Both the position numbers and the translations under genes were made by a program. Shown one piece after another: positions 27,704 through 36,976 of a stretch of DNA of 64,000 nucleotides. The notes beneath the pieces were generated by a model. That model was not told the origin of the DNA and did not search any database. It saw only the letters and a list, made by a program, of their open reading frames with translations. This DNA is from a virus. The stretch's first letter is position 1. Each line of letters begins with the position of its first letter. The stretch covers positions 1 through 64,000 of the IMG/VR virus record IMGVR_UViG_3300008450_000013. One strand, written 5' to 3'.

Positions 27704-27800
27704 ATTGTAAATACAACAGCTCTCCACTGATTTCTCCTTGGCACGTTCCTCCTCCTCGTGCTTTCTCCTGTCAGTGTCTGAGAGCTGTTCTGTTTGCAAT
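27704..27800 (+). ncRNA. structured RNA element displaying three CU-rich anti-Shine-Dalgarno-like loops
   Basis: Nested stems ATTGTAAATA/TGTTTGCAAT, AACAGCTCTC/GAGAGCTGTT, CACTGA/TCAGTG and GGCACG/CGTGCT; loops TTTCTCCTT, TTCCTCCTCCT and TTCTCCTG. Confidence 0.65.
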
Positions 27801-27951
27801 TTTCACAACAGTGTTTCGTCCCATATCTGGTTAGTAGATTCAGCTCTTATCGTGGAACACTGTTGTAGTTTCGTGGAGAGGGTAGCATTATGGCTACTAA
27901 GGTTCTGGCAGGTAGTTTAGTGGCGTGGAACTAAGAATTTAAAGGAGTATT

Positions 27952-28050
27952 ATGGTTAAAAAAGATCGAGTAAAGTTTCAACCTTGCTCAGAGAAACAAA
28001 AGCTAATTTTGATGGATAACACCACGGACGTTATCCTGATAGGCGGTGGT
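27952..28050 (+). CDS. terL: terminase large subunit, exon 1 (33 aa)
   Basis: AAAGGAG RBS; MVKKDRVKFQPCSEKQKLILMDNTTDVILIGGG ends mid-Walker A; below the ORF-track length cutoff. Confidence 0.88.
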
Positions 28051-28284
28051 GAACTTGCGCCTCCGCATTAAAAACAACTTCTTAAACGGTGAAACTCTCT
28101 AGTAGACAATACCGTGCCAAGCCCCTGAAGGGTGCAGTGCGTAACGACCAATCCGAAAGGATGTAGGGCTAAGTAGCTCGAAACAGAAGTCCTCGAAAGA
28201 GTGAAGATATGGTCTGGTCTTTATGGTGACATAAAGCAGCTTAAAAAGCGGAAGTAGATTAACGAACTACTTTGAACACAAACA
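28051..28284 (+). ncRNA. ORF-less group I self-splicing intron (IA2-like) in terL
   Basis: P1 with U28050-G28059 wobble; P3 ACTTCT(28077)/AGAAGT(28185); P7 GACCA(28146)/TGGTC(28210) within AAGATATGGTCT; P7.1, P7.2, P8 and P9-9.2 hairpins; removal restores IGGGAGGGKS. Confidence 0.9.
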
Positions 28285-29706
28285 GCAGGAGGAGGCAAAT
28301 CGAGGATTTGCCTTACAAAGAATTTAGATGGTATTAAAGATGGAAAGTTCCGTTGCGTTATTCTGAGACGTTTTGAGCCAGAGCTTAAAAAACAAGGTGG
28401 CTTGATTGATGAATCCAAGAATATCTACCCACACTTTACAAAAATACCTTACAAAAGTCAACAAAAATTATGGGAATTTCCATCTGGAGCCACAATCGGG
28501 TTTTCAGCAATATCTTGTGACGATGATTTAGGGAGCTGGCAGGGTAGCCAACTAACGAGGGCTTTGATAGACGAGGCGGCTGATAAGTGGACTGAAAAAC
28601 AAGTTTTGTTCTTACAATCTCGTTTGCGTACAGTTGGCTCTGATATTCACCCGCAACTGATTATGTCTTGCAACCCAGACCCTAACAGTTTCTTATTTGA
28701 GTGGGTTAAGTTCTGTCTTGATGAAGACACAGGAGTACCAAAAGAAGGTACTGAGTATCTTATCAGATGGTTCTGTGTAGAAGATAACAAAGCTAAATGG
28801 GCTGATAGTCCAGAAGAGTGCTATGAATTATATGGTGCTCCCAAGAATCTAATTTATGCTCATGGAATGACAGAAGAACAGATGAACGCATTCTCTAAAG
28901 AAGAGAAGATGCGGTTGTTCATGCCTAAGTCATTCAGGTTCATTCCAACTGGTGTTTTTGACAACCCATATCTACTCCCACCAAAGAATACAAGTTACTT
29001 AGCATCTCTCCTTTCCCAACCTTATGTAAATCAGTTAAAATTTTTACATGGAAGTTGGACAGCACGAGAACTTGGGAGTTCTTACTTCGACAGAAAGTGG
29101 GTTCAAATCGTTGACCAACCTCCCGTAAATGCAACAGCTAGGATACGTTCTTGGGACTTCGCTTCAGAAGAAAAGACAAAAACTAACAACCCCGATTGGA
29201 CAGCAGGTGTAAAAATGTCTAGGGATAGGTACGGTATTTACTATATCGAGGATGTTGTCAGAGTGCAGATGCGGATTGACGGTGTTTTAAAAACCGTCAT
29301 TGAGACTGCTAAAGCTGACGGTGTAGGCGAATGTGAAGTCTGCATTCCAGTTGACCCTGCAGCAGCGGGTAAGAGTAGTGCTCACTTCTTTCAGAAGGTA
29401 TTAGCAGAAAATGGCATTCCTTGTAAGAAAGCTCAGTCCTCTGGACACAGTAGCAAGCTCACAAGATTTAAACCGTTTTGTGCATTAGCTGAGAGTGGTA
29501 GTGTTCGTGTGGTTCGAGGGGATTGGAACGATGCATTTTTTGCAGAGCTTGAAGCATTCTCTGGTGACAAAGCAATTGAGAGAACTCAGAAGAACGACCA
29601 AGTTGATGCTTGCTCAGATAGTTTTAACAATTTAGCAAGACAATTACAGCTACCTGTATTCTCAGTACCGTCCCTAACAAAAGCCTCTCCTGTCCCAACA
29701 ATATAG
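28285..29706 (+). CDS. terL: terminase large subunit, exon 2 (spliced product ~506 aa)
   Basis: AGGGKS completes Walker A; ALIDEA Walker B; SCNP; RSWDFA and NDQVDA RNase H nuclease motifs. Confidence 0.93.
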   Translation, partial: AGGGKSRICLTKNLDGIKDGKFRCVILRRFEPELKKQGGLIDESKNIYPHFTKIPYKSQQKLWEFPSGATIGFSAISCDDDLGSWQGSQLTRALIDEAADKWTEKQVLFLQSRLRTVGSDIHPQLIMSCNPDPNSFLFEWVKFCLDEDTGVPKEGTEYLIRWFCVEDNKAKWADSPEECYELYGAPKNLIYAHGMTEEQMNAFSKEEKMRLFMPKSFRFIPTGVFDNPYLLPPKNTSYLASLLSQPYVNQLKFLHGSWTARELGSSYFDRKWVQIVDQPPVNATARIRSWDFASEEKTKTNNPDWTAGVKMSRDRYGIYYIEDVVRVQMRIDGVLKTVIETAKADGVGECEVCIPVDPAAAGKSSAHFFQKVLAENGIPCKKAQSSGHSSKLTRFKPFCALAESGSVRVVRGDWNDAFFAELEAFSGDKAIERTQKNDQVDACSDSFNNLARQLQLPVFSVPSLTKASPVPTI

Positions 29707-29745
29707 TCGTAATTATAACATAGAGATGTCTCAGTTAAAAACTAC

Positions 29746-29774
29746 TTGACTTTGACATAACAATATGTTATAAT
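29746..29774 (+). promoter_or_regulatory. sigma70 promoter for the head genes
   Basis: TTGACT-17nt-TATAAT with extended TG. Confidence 0.75.
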
Positions 29775-29815
29775 TATACGAAATTAAATAATAAGCATTA
29801 CAAGGAGCAATAAAT

Positions 29816-31330
29816 ATGCCAGAAGCGACCTCGCCTGATGGCGTTGCAACAGCTCTACAGCCTGACAGTGGGACAACTATACCACGTATCAAATTAGGAA
29901 GTCAAGGGTTTGGAGTATTAAAAACCTCTAACGGACGCATCTACGAAGAAGCTAACGCAGCCTTTAGGATGCCAGCTCGTATCAAAGTTGTGGACGAAAT
30001 GAGGCTCTCACCTCCAGTCAGCATCGCCATGAACGCACTTAAAATGCTCATGAATCGTTCAGAGATGTACGTAGAGCCTTTTGATGACACTCCTAAGCAC
30101 AGAGAACGTGCAAAGTTCTTACACTCTTGTTTGCATGACATGGAAGAAACATTTCAGCAAACAATGCAGAATACGTTCCCTGTTCTTGAGTATGGCTTCC
30201 ACGTATCTGAAAAAGTATACCGCAGACGCTTGAAAGTAAACGGTAGTAAATACAATGACGGACTCGTAGGGCTTAAATGTCTTGCAACTCGCCCTCAAGC
30301 TTCCATTGAAAAGTGGAACTTCTCAGAAGATGGTAGAGATCTTGTCAGTGTATCACAGTCTATTGCAAACCTCGAAAACAGTTACAGATTCAAAAACCTC
30401 ACAGATGAAAATGGCTTAATTGTCATACCTCGTGAGAAGTTTGTACTCTTCAATGTTGACCCTACAAATGGTAATCCTGAAGGTAACAGCATTCTCAAAG
30501 CAGCATATTTAGCTTACAAGCAATTGACATTGCTCACAGATAATATGATGACAGGTGTTGCCAAAGATACACAGGGACTTCCTGTTATTGGTATTCCTCC
30601 TCAGTATATGTCTGCAGACGCTAGTGACGATCAAAAAGCTGTCTATCAGATGTTCATGAAGATTGTTGATGATTTAGCAAGTGGTACTCAGCGTGGTATT
30701 GTTATGCCAAAGTCTTATGACATGGATTCCAAGGGTGAAATGTTCACTGTGGAATTGTTAGAGTCTAAAGGTGGTAAGGCTTACAACGTGTTAGAGATTA
30801 TCAAGACACTTCAAGCTAACATTCTTTCTGTGCTTTCGTGTGATGCTGTCAAGATGGGTAGTGATACTTCTGGGAGTTTGTCACTTGAGGACGGGGACAC
30901 GAACCTCTTGGCGATGGCTGTTAGTTATCGGTTGATGGAGATTGCTAACGCTTTAAACAAGGATTTAGTGCAGCAGTTATGGTCACTCAACGGATGGGAC
31001 TTGTCAGAAATGCCTCAGATTAAATTCAAGGATGTTTCTAATGTATCTCAGGAAACTTTCAGTAAGTTTATACAACGAGTGGCTTCAACAGGTTTGTTAG
31101 AACTTGATCGTGGTGTCATGAACCGTGTACGAGAAGTCGGTGGATTTGATTTACTTCCACATGATCTTCCAATTCAAGAAGATATGTTATCAACAACTAT
31201 GGCTGGAAAAGCTTCTAGCGCATCCGAGGGTATGGAAGTTGGGGTTGGTAATACTGTTGAGGGTGGGACGTCTAAAGGTGGCGGTAAGAAGACTGACAAT
31301 TCTGCGAAAAATAACGATAATAAGGGGTGA
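29816..31330 (+). CDS. portal protein
   Basis: Follows terL; 504 aa; YGF.V.EKVY, IPREKF, NP.G.SIL and LW.LNGW portal-like motifs. Confidence 0.88.
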   Translation: MPEATSPDGVATALQPDSGTTIPRIKLGSQGFGVLKTSNGRIYEEANAAFRMPARIKVVDEMRLSPPVSIAMNALKMLMNRSEMYVEPFDDTPKHRERAKFLHSCLHDMEETFQQTMQNTFPVLEYGFHVSEKVYRRRLKVNGSKYNDGLVGLKCLATRPQASIEKWNFSEDGRDLVSVSQSIANLENSYRFKNLTDENGLIVIPREKFVLFNVDPTNGNPEGNSILKAAYLAYKQLTLLTDNMMTGVAKDTQGLPVIGIPPQYMSADASDDQKAVYQMFMKIVDDLASGTQRGIVMPKSYDMDSKGEMFTVELLESKGGKAYNVLEIIKTLQANILSVLSCDAVKMGSDTSGSLSLEDGDTNLLAMAVSYRLMEIANALNKDLVQQLWSLNGWDLSEMPQIKFKDVSNVSQETFSKFIQRVASTGLLELDRGVMNRVREVGGFDLLPHDLPIQEDMLSTTMAGKASSASEGMEVGVGNTVEGGTSKGGGKKTDNSAKNNDNKG

Positions 31331-32133
31331 TGATATTGGCAATTTTATATTGGATACATTTACCTGAGCACACTGATATTACTTCAAGTGGGTATGTTGG
31401 GATAACAGTCAAAACCCTATCTCACCGTTGGTCTAGTCATAAAACTGCAACTAAAACTGCGTCTAAACAACATTTACCTATTGTACGTGCAATAAATAAG
31501 TACGGACATGAAAATTTGCTTGTAGAACCTCTTTTAGAAGGCTCTGAAGAATATGTAGCTTTAATAGAAAACAAACTCCGACCCTCTTGTGGTATTGGTT
31601 GGAATTGTGCCATAGGTGGTCAAGCTACAGGAGTGGGGAGAAAACATTCACCTGAAAGTATCGCCAAACGAGTTGCTAAGGTGAGAGGTACAAAACGTTC
31701 TGAAGAGACTAAATTGAAACAATCCCTCGCTTCCAAAGGTAAACCTAAATCTCCTGAACATAGACAAAAATGCGCGATTGCTAATCTAGGTAAGATTAGA
31801 TCACAAGAAGCTAAAGACACTCAAAGAGATAAGATGTTAGGCAAGAAGAAGATAACTGAGGAAGGTAGACTAAAGTTATCAGAGTACCACAAAAATCTAA
31901 AACCTTGGAAAAGGTCAAGGGCTAAATTCTCTTTGTGGTCTGGTGCAGCTACTCTGTTTGATTTGTTCTGTAAAGGGAATACATTGACAAATGGATTTGT
32001 GCGAACAGTCTTAAATGACAAGAACATATCTCCTATTACAATTAGGAATATGATTGAATCAGGATGGAACCCAAACGAAGATCAAGAATACCTTTCTTGG
32101 TTAGAAGAAAGAAAGGATAACGATGTCACATGA
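31327..32133 (+). CDS. free-standing GIY-YIG (Seg-like) homing endonuclease with NUMOD3-like repeats
   Basis: LYWI...GYVGIT...RW.SH, AI.KYG, GWN...GG; repeats HSPESIAK, RSEETKLK, KSPEHRQK. Confidence 0.85.
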   Translation: MMILAILYWIHLPEHTDITSSGYVGITVKTLSHRWSSHKTATKTASKQHLPIVRAINKYGHENLLVEPLLEGSEEYVALIENKLRPSCGIGWNCAIGGQATGVGRKHSPESIAKRVAKVRGTKRSEETKLKQSLASKGKPKSPEHRQKCAIANLGKIRSQEAKDTQRDKMLGKKKITEEGRLKLSEYHKNLKPWKRSRAKFSLWSGAATLFDLFCKGNTLTNGFVRTVLNDKNISPITIRNMIESGWNPNEDQEYLSWLEERKDNDVT

Positions 32134-32959
32134 ATTAATTCGACTTATGGGGAGTGTAGTTAATACTCCTCACTTAATAACACAAGATAGTTTTGCACCA
32201 ATCCTTGATTACCTAACCTTGCGCAATGCAGGTTTGATTGAGATGAGGGATACTTCTAAGGAAGCTCCTAAGAAACCAGAATATGTTAAAGCAACTTCTG
32301 GCAAGACAATTGGGGAGATTCAAGTATCTGGTGCTCTGACTTATAAACCTGTTCAAATGATGTGCGCTCCTGATGGGACAAGCTATCAACAGCTTATCAC
32401 AGACACAGAACAGTTAATCTCGCAAGGGGTTAAAACTATATTGTACACGCATTCAAGTGGAGGTGGAGAAGCAGCTCACTGTTTTACTACAGCTAACCGA
32501 TTACGTGAACTGGCAGATGAAAGTGATGTAACTCTTGTTACTTACATTGATGAAATGTCAGCTTCAGCAGCTCTTGCATTAGGAATTATCTCAGACCATG
32601 TGGTTATTCATCCGAGTGCAAAAACTGGCAGTATTGGGTGCGTTTGCGCAGTCGTAGATCGTAGTAAAGCTTTGGCAGATGCTGGCTTGAAACCAATCTA
32701 TATCAGCTCAACAGCAGGTAAAACTCCTTACCAATCCGATGGGTCGTTCAGTCAAAGCTTCTTAGACAATCTTCAGGCAGAAGTAACAGAACTTGGTAAT
32801 CAGTTTGCACAGCATGTAGAGAAATATACAAGTATCCCAGTTGAAGAGATTCTTGCACTAGATGCTCAAGTATTTAATGCTAAACGTGCCAAAGAAATTG
32901 GGCTTGTTACAGCCGTGATGAACCATCAAGAATTCGCAGAGTTTCTTGCAAACCTATAA
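32123..32959 (+). CDS. prohead maturation protease (S49/SppA family)
   Basis: SSGGGEA, SASAALAL, TGSIG, F.A..A.EIGLV. Confidence 0.88.
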   Translation: MSHELIRLMGSVVNTPHLITQDSFAPILDYLTLRNAGLIEMRDTSKEAPKKPEYVKATSGKTIGEIQVSGALTYKPVQMMCAPDGTSYQQLITDTEQLISQGVKTILYTHSSGGGEAAHCFTTANRLRELADESDVTLVTYIDEMSASAALALGIISDHVVIHPSAKTGSIGCVCAVVDRSKALADAGLKPIYISSTAGKTPYQSDGSFSQSFLDNLQAEVTELGNQFAQHVEKYTSIPVEEILALDAQVFNAKRAKEIGLVTAVMNHQEFAEFLANL

Positions 32960-32967
32960 GGACAAAT

Positions 32968-33504
32968 ATGTTAGAGCATTTAAAAAAGTTTCTATCAGGT
33001 AACACTGATGCAACCGCTACGCAAGTAGCAACCCCTGCGCAAGCAGACATTGAAAAGGAAGTCGTTAATATGACTACAGCAACAGAGCAGCCAATCGCGG
33101 CTGAAAACACATCCGCAGACTTGGTAGCACAACTTGCTTCCTCTACATCTGCTTTAACAGAGCTGCAAGCATCCTTTGCAGAACTCACTACTAAGTTTGA
33201 AGCAGCTCAAGCAGCTTTGACAGTGGTAGAAAATGAGAAGAAAGAATTGGCAACTAAAGCTGCAGAAGCACGTTTAGTAGCTCGTAAAGAATCCTTGGAA
33301 GCAGCAGTAGGCACAATCAAAGCAGCCGAATTGTTGACTACATTGGAAGTGTTGGATGACACAGCTTTTGCTGCTGTTGTATCAACTATGAAGGTGAATC
33401 TTGATGCTGAAGCAAAGAGTGCAGCTTTCACTGAAGCAGGTGTAACAGCGGAGGCTAAAGAAGTCAAGCCTACACACTTCAAAAACTATATCAAAACTAA
33501 ATAA
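32968..33504 (+). CDS. putative head scaffolding protein
   Basis: Ala/Glu-rich coiled coil between the protease and capsid genes. Confidence 0.7.
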   Translation: MLEHLKKFLSGNTDATATQVATPAQADIEKEVVNMTTATEQPIAAENTSADLVAQLASSTSALTELQASFAELTTKFEAAQAALTVVENEKKELATKAAEARLVARKESLEAAVGTIKAAELLTTLEVLDDTAFAAVVSTMKVNLDAEAKSAAFTEAGVTAEAKEVKPTHFKNYIKTK

Positions 33505-33513
33505 GGATATGAA

Positions 33514-33909
33514 ATGACTAAATTAGCAACTCGTAGTAATAAGTTGTCTGGTGTATTGGCTTGGGAATTAGAGCCAGAATCAGGCGTATGCCGTGAAACA
33601 GTGACAGTGGTTGTAGAAGCTGGTTTGGACGTTGGTGCTGTTGTTACATCTAACGGTGCAGGTAAGTATGTTTGGGTAGAGGCTGCTGACGTAGCAACCC
33701 TGAATGCTGACGTATGTGTTGTATTGACAGCAGATAAGGACATCCCTTCCATGACAGCAGGTGATAACACTATCACAGTATTGAAACGTGGTCATGCAAA
33801 GATTGTAGGCAGCAAGTTGACTTACAAAGATACTTTGACAACTAATCAAAAGAATACTGTCTTGGCTGCATTAAAAGTCAAGAACATTTTAGACACTGTT
33901 GCAGTGTAA
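33514..33909 (+). CDS. head decoration protein (lambda gpD-like position)
   Basis: 131 aa immediately before the MCP; CRETVTV motif. Confidence 0.7.
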   Translation: MTKLATRSNKLSGVLAWELEPESGVCRETVTVVVEAGLDVGAVVTSNGAGKYVWVEAADVATLNADVCVVLTADKDIPSMTAGDNTITVLKRGHAKIVGSKLTYKDTLTTNQKNTVLAALKVKNILDTVAV

Positions 33910-33931
33910 TCTTATAAAAGGAAAATAACAA

Positions 33932-34969
33932 ATGAATGTACGTGATTACTACAACAGTTTTAAACAAACTGACTTCGTTGATGGCATTGTCGAAACGCCA
34001 TTGCAATACGGCTATATCAACAGCTTGAACTTGTTCAACACAAAAGGCACTAACCAAACAGCTATTGTATTTGATAAAGATGTTAGCACAACTACTTTGT
34101 TACCACAAGTTGCTCGTGGTGATAAATCTTCTACACAAGGTAAAGAACACTCTGTAGATTCTTTCGCATTGCGTACAGCATACTTCAAACATGCTGATCG
34201 TTTGACAGTTGAAGACATCCAAGGCTGGCGCAAAACTGGCACTGCTGAAACTGAAACTTTGGCAAATGCTACTGCTGAGAAGTTGACAGATATGCGCCGT
34301 ATCTACGATCAGAACGAAGAGTATATGAAGCTGCAAGCTTTGAAAGGTGTTTTCAAAACTGCTGACGGTGCTGTAATGGCTAATATGTTCACAGAGTTTG
34401 GCATCTCTCAGACTTCAGTTGACCTTGCATTGGGTACTTCAACAACTGACGTTGATGCTAAGTTCCGTCAAATTAAGTCTCTGGTTGCTACAAATGTTAA
34501 AAATGGCGGTGCAATCGGTGGTGTAGAATTCATCGTTGACCCATTGACATTTGACAAGCTCATCTCTCATCCAAACATGAAGACAGCTTACCAATACTAT
34601 ATGAACTCTGGTCGTCAAGCTTTGCGTGATGATTTGAGCAACTACATGCAGTGGGGTATTATGGATGTGTTTGAACATCGCGGTGTTCGTATCGTTTCTT
34701 ATGATGCAACTTTCAACTTACCAAGTGGCTCTACAGAGAAAGCCTTTGCGGATAATACAGGTTTGGCGTTTGCTTCTGGTGTTCGTGATTTGTTCCGTGG
34801 TTATTATGCTCCAAGTAACAAGTTGTCAGCAGCTAATACAAATGGTCAGCCAGTTTATATGAACACCAAGGTTGACGAGGATGATGAGTATGTAGAATTT
34901 ACATTAGAGACAGCTCCATTGTTCTTCTGCACCAAACCAGCGAGCTTGATTGCATTGACAACAAACTAA
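33932..34969 (+). CDS. major capsid protein (lambda gpE-like, HK97 fold)
   Basis: 345 aa; EYMKLQALKG, FTEFGI and ETAPLFFCTKP; strong RBS; followed by a terminator. Confidence 0.88.
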   Translation: MNVRDYYNSFKQTDFVDGIVETPLQYGYINSLNLFNTKGTNQTAIVFDKDVSTTTLLPQVARGDKSSTQGKEHSVDSFALRTAYFKHADRLTVEDIQGWRKTGTAETETLANATAEKLTDMRRIYDQNEEYMKLQALKGVFKTADGAVMANMFTEFGISQTSVDLALGTSTTDVDAKFRQIKSLVATNVKNGGAIGGVEFIVDPLTFDKLISHPNMKTAYQYYMNSGRQALRDDLSNYMQWGIMDVFEHRGVRIVSYDATFNLPSGSTEKAFADNTGLAFASGVRDLFRGYYAPSNKLSAANTNGQPVYMNTKVDEDDEYVEFTLETAPLFFCTKPASLIALTTN

Positions 34970-34986
34970 TCATTAGTTTGTTAATA

Positions 34987-35017
34987 AAATACCTTCTCAG
35001 GAATGGGAGGGTATTTC
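34987..35017 (+). terminator. terminator after the MCP
   Basis: AAATACCTTCTC-aggaat-GGGAGGGTATTT. Confidence 0.7.
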
Positions 35018-35053
35018 AGTTAACAAATTGCACAGCTAATTAAAGGAACCTCC

Positions 35054-35602
35054 ATGCAAGACAACTACGTAGGAAGCTCTGTCTTAATCGACCTAGAGGA
35101 TAACATAGAACGTCCCACAAGAGCTGTATTAACTCAAGGGGGTTGGTTCTTTGCTCAACTTGGTACATACACTATAGGTTCTCCACTCTCTGTCCTCAGT
35201 GGTGTTAAAACTAAAATACCTTTTCCACCTTCGCAGTTTAGTTACAGCGACAGTAGAAACTTCACTTTAAACTATGACACTGCAACTGATAAGTTTCACC
35301 CCCTAGATGTTGGTGATTGTTTCATTGTTAACCTTCGTTTTAAGATCAAGGTAACTGCACAATCAGGTTACATGGATATTTTGGCAGAGAGTCCTACAGT
35401 GGTTTTCAACCCTATCCTAGCGAAAACAATTAACTTCAACAAGCAAGCAGGTGAGGAGCAATTTCAAGGTATCACGGAGATGTTGTTTGTGTCTCAGGAT
35501 GTCGCCATAAATGGGTTAGAAATATTTGTAAAACCTAGTGGTACTAACGTGCAGATATACGACTTGAGCTTACTCGTCAGCTCACAATATTCAAGCATAT
35601 AA
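35054..35602 (+). CDS. putative virion structural protein
   Basis: 182-aa beta-rich ORF in the head-tail joining region. Confidence 0.6.
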   Translation: MQDNYVGSSVLIDLEDNIERPTRAVLTQGGWFFAQLGTYTIGSPLSVLSGVKTKIPFPPSQFSYSDSRNFTLNYDTATDKFHPLDVGDCFIVNLRFKIKVTAQSGYMDILAESPTVVFNPILAKTINFNKQAGEEQFQGITEMLFVSQDVAINGLEIFVKPSGTNVQIYDLSLLVSSQYSSI

Positions 35603-35611
35603 AGGAAAATT

Positions 35612-36025
35612 ATGGCAGTAATAGACCCAACAAGCACTACTGGAAAATTAAGATTGCGTTGCGGGGACACTTCAGACCTTCCTATTTTATCAGATGAAGT
35701 ATATGAACAGACTTACACTGACAGTGGTAATAGTCTAAATAGAGCATCTGTAACGTGCGCGCAATACATTCTAGCTTTGCTATCGCAGAACACACACCAG
35801 AAATTAGTACAAATTGAGGTGTGGGGTGGAGAAGCTTTTACGAACTACATGAACTATTTGACTAAAGTAGTTCTCAACCCACAGCTATCACAAACCTGCC
35901 CAATTCCTTACTCTGCAAGCAATGACCAAGTTCACCCTCTCGTAGAATTTAACAAGGATTGGTACGGAAATTTCCACGCAGGTACGCAGAGTGAACAGCT
36001 TGCACAGGATAGTGTTACATCATGA
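35612..36025 (+). CDS. head-tail adaptor
   Basis: GKLRLRCGDT..P.LSDE.Y motif; synteny. Confidence 0.7.
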   Translation: MAVIDPTSTTGKLRLRCGDTSDLPILSDEVYEQTYTDSGNSLNRASVTCAQYILALLSQNTHQKLVQIEVWGGEAFTNYMNYLTKVVLNPQLSQTCPIPYSASNDQVHPLVEFNKDWYGNFHAGTQSEQLAQDSVTS

Positions 36026-36426
36026 GAATAAACCTAAATCAATTTCATGGTGTTGTCAGAGATATGTTAGGTGCATTTCAAGGTGTTGGTGTATTAAATA
36101 TATACTCTGACACTGATGAGTATGTTGACGGTGAAGTTGCGCGTACAAAAACTACGTACCAAGTTGAGCAAGGAATGTTTGAGTTCCCGCAGGCTAATGC
36201 TGGTGATAAGTCAAAATTCGGTACATTGATATTATCTGGCGATAAATATTGCCTAATGCGACCTGTCAACCAAACTAACCCTGCCATTCCAGCCCCTGTA
36301 ATCAAAGCTAACAGAGACACAATAACGATAGATAATGTAGAGTGGAAAATCTTTGCACTAAAGACAGTCAACCCTAGTGGAATAAATGGGAATGATTTCT
36401 TGTTTGAATTTCACTTAAGGAAATAG
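36022..36426 (+). CDS. head closure/stopper protein
   Basis: GTLIL.GD...W.I....VNP.G.....F..HLRK; synteny. Confidence 0.65.
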   Translation: MRINLNQFHGVVRDMLGAFQGVGVLNIYSDTDEYVDGEVARTKTTYQVEQGMFEFPQANAGDKSKFGTLILSGDKYCLMRPVNQTNPAIPAPVIKANRDTITIDNVEWKIFALKTVNPSGINGNDFLFEFHLRK

Positions 36427-36433
36427 TCAGCTA

Positions 36434-36462
36434 TTGACTTTTAACCACTATCGTAGTATAAT
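36434..36462 (+). promoter_or_regulatory. sigma70 promoter for the tail genes
   Basis: TTGACT-17nt-TATAAT. Confidence 0.75.
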
Positions 36463-36476
36463 CATAGGACAAACAA

Positions 36477-36974
36477 ATGGGAAGCTTTGCAGATAGCATA
36501 AAAGCAAACATCAAAGAGCTTCAACAAGAAGTTAATGATAAGATAGTAGATGTGTTTGTTGAGACTTCGCTATCTGTTGTCCACCTGACACCTAGCCCTT
36601 CTTGGAAAGGGCAGACTAGAGGAGCTTCTCCTAGTAGTCCTCAATATACAGACGGTTTATTAGCAAACCAATGGTATCCAGCAGAGAACAAAATCTCTAA
36701 TGAAGAAACCTCTGCAGAGTCAGATAACGGTGGTGACAGTATTACACGCATCAACGCAATGAAATCAGCCAAAACCTTTGTCGCTAAAGATGGGTATCTA
36801 TCTCTCACAAACAATGTGCCATATGCTTATCGTGTTGACGCTGTAGGTTATCCAGCAGGTAGAGCAGATGTCATTCAAGGATACGGCGATTGGTCTTGGT
36901 GGAATGGCTCTCATGAGAAACCCTACGCCATGATAGACACAAGCATTGCCAAGATCAAAGCTAAGATAGGCTAA
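36477..36974 (+). CDS. tail completion protein (HK97 gp10-like)
   Basis: TP...G.L..QW and LTNNVPYA motifs. Confidence 0.65.
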   Translation: MGSFADSIKANIKELQQEVNDKIVDVFVETSLSVVHLTPSPSWKGQTRGASPSSPQYTDGLLANQWYPAENKISNEETSAESDNGGDSITRINAMKSAKTFVAKDGYLSLTNNVPYAYRVDAVGYPAGRADVIQGYGDWSWWNGSHEKPYAMIDTSIAKIKAKIG

Positions 36975-36976
36975 AC

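Noticed and set aside
27640-27935. Possible tRNA genes between terS and terL, and the 27738-27920 ORF
   Set aside because: No complete cloverleaf with TTCGA T-loop and CCA end; the ORF lacks an RBS and coincides with hairpins
28051-28284. Intein or readthrough explanation for the in-frame 234-nt terL insertion
   Set aside because: It contains an in-frame stop (TAA 28069-28071) and a full group I RNA core
28402-29706. ORF-track terL start at TTG 28402
   Set aside because: It would lack Walker A; the true start is ATG 27952 with intron removal
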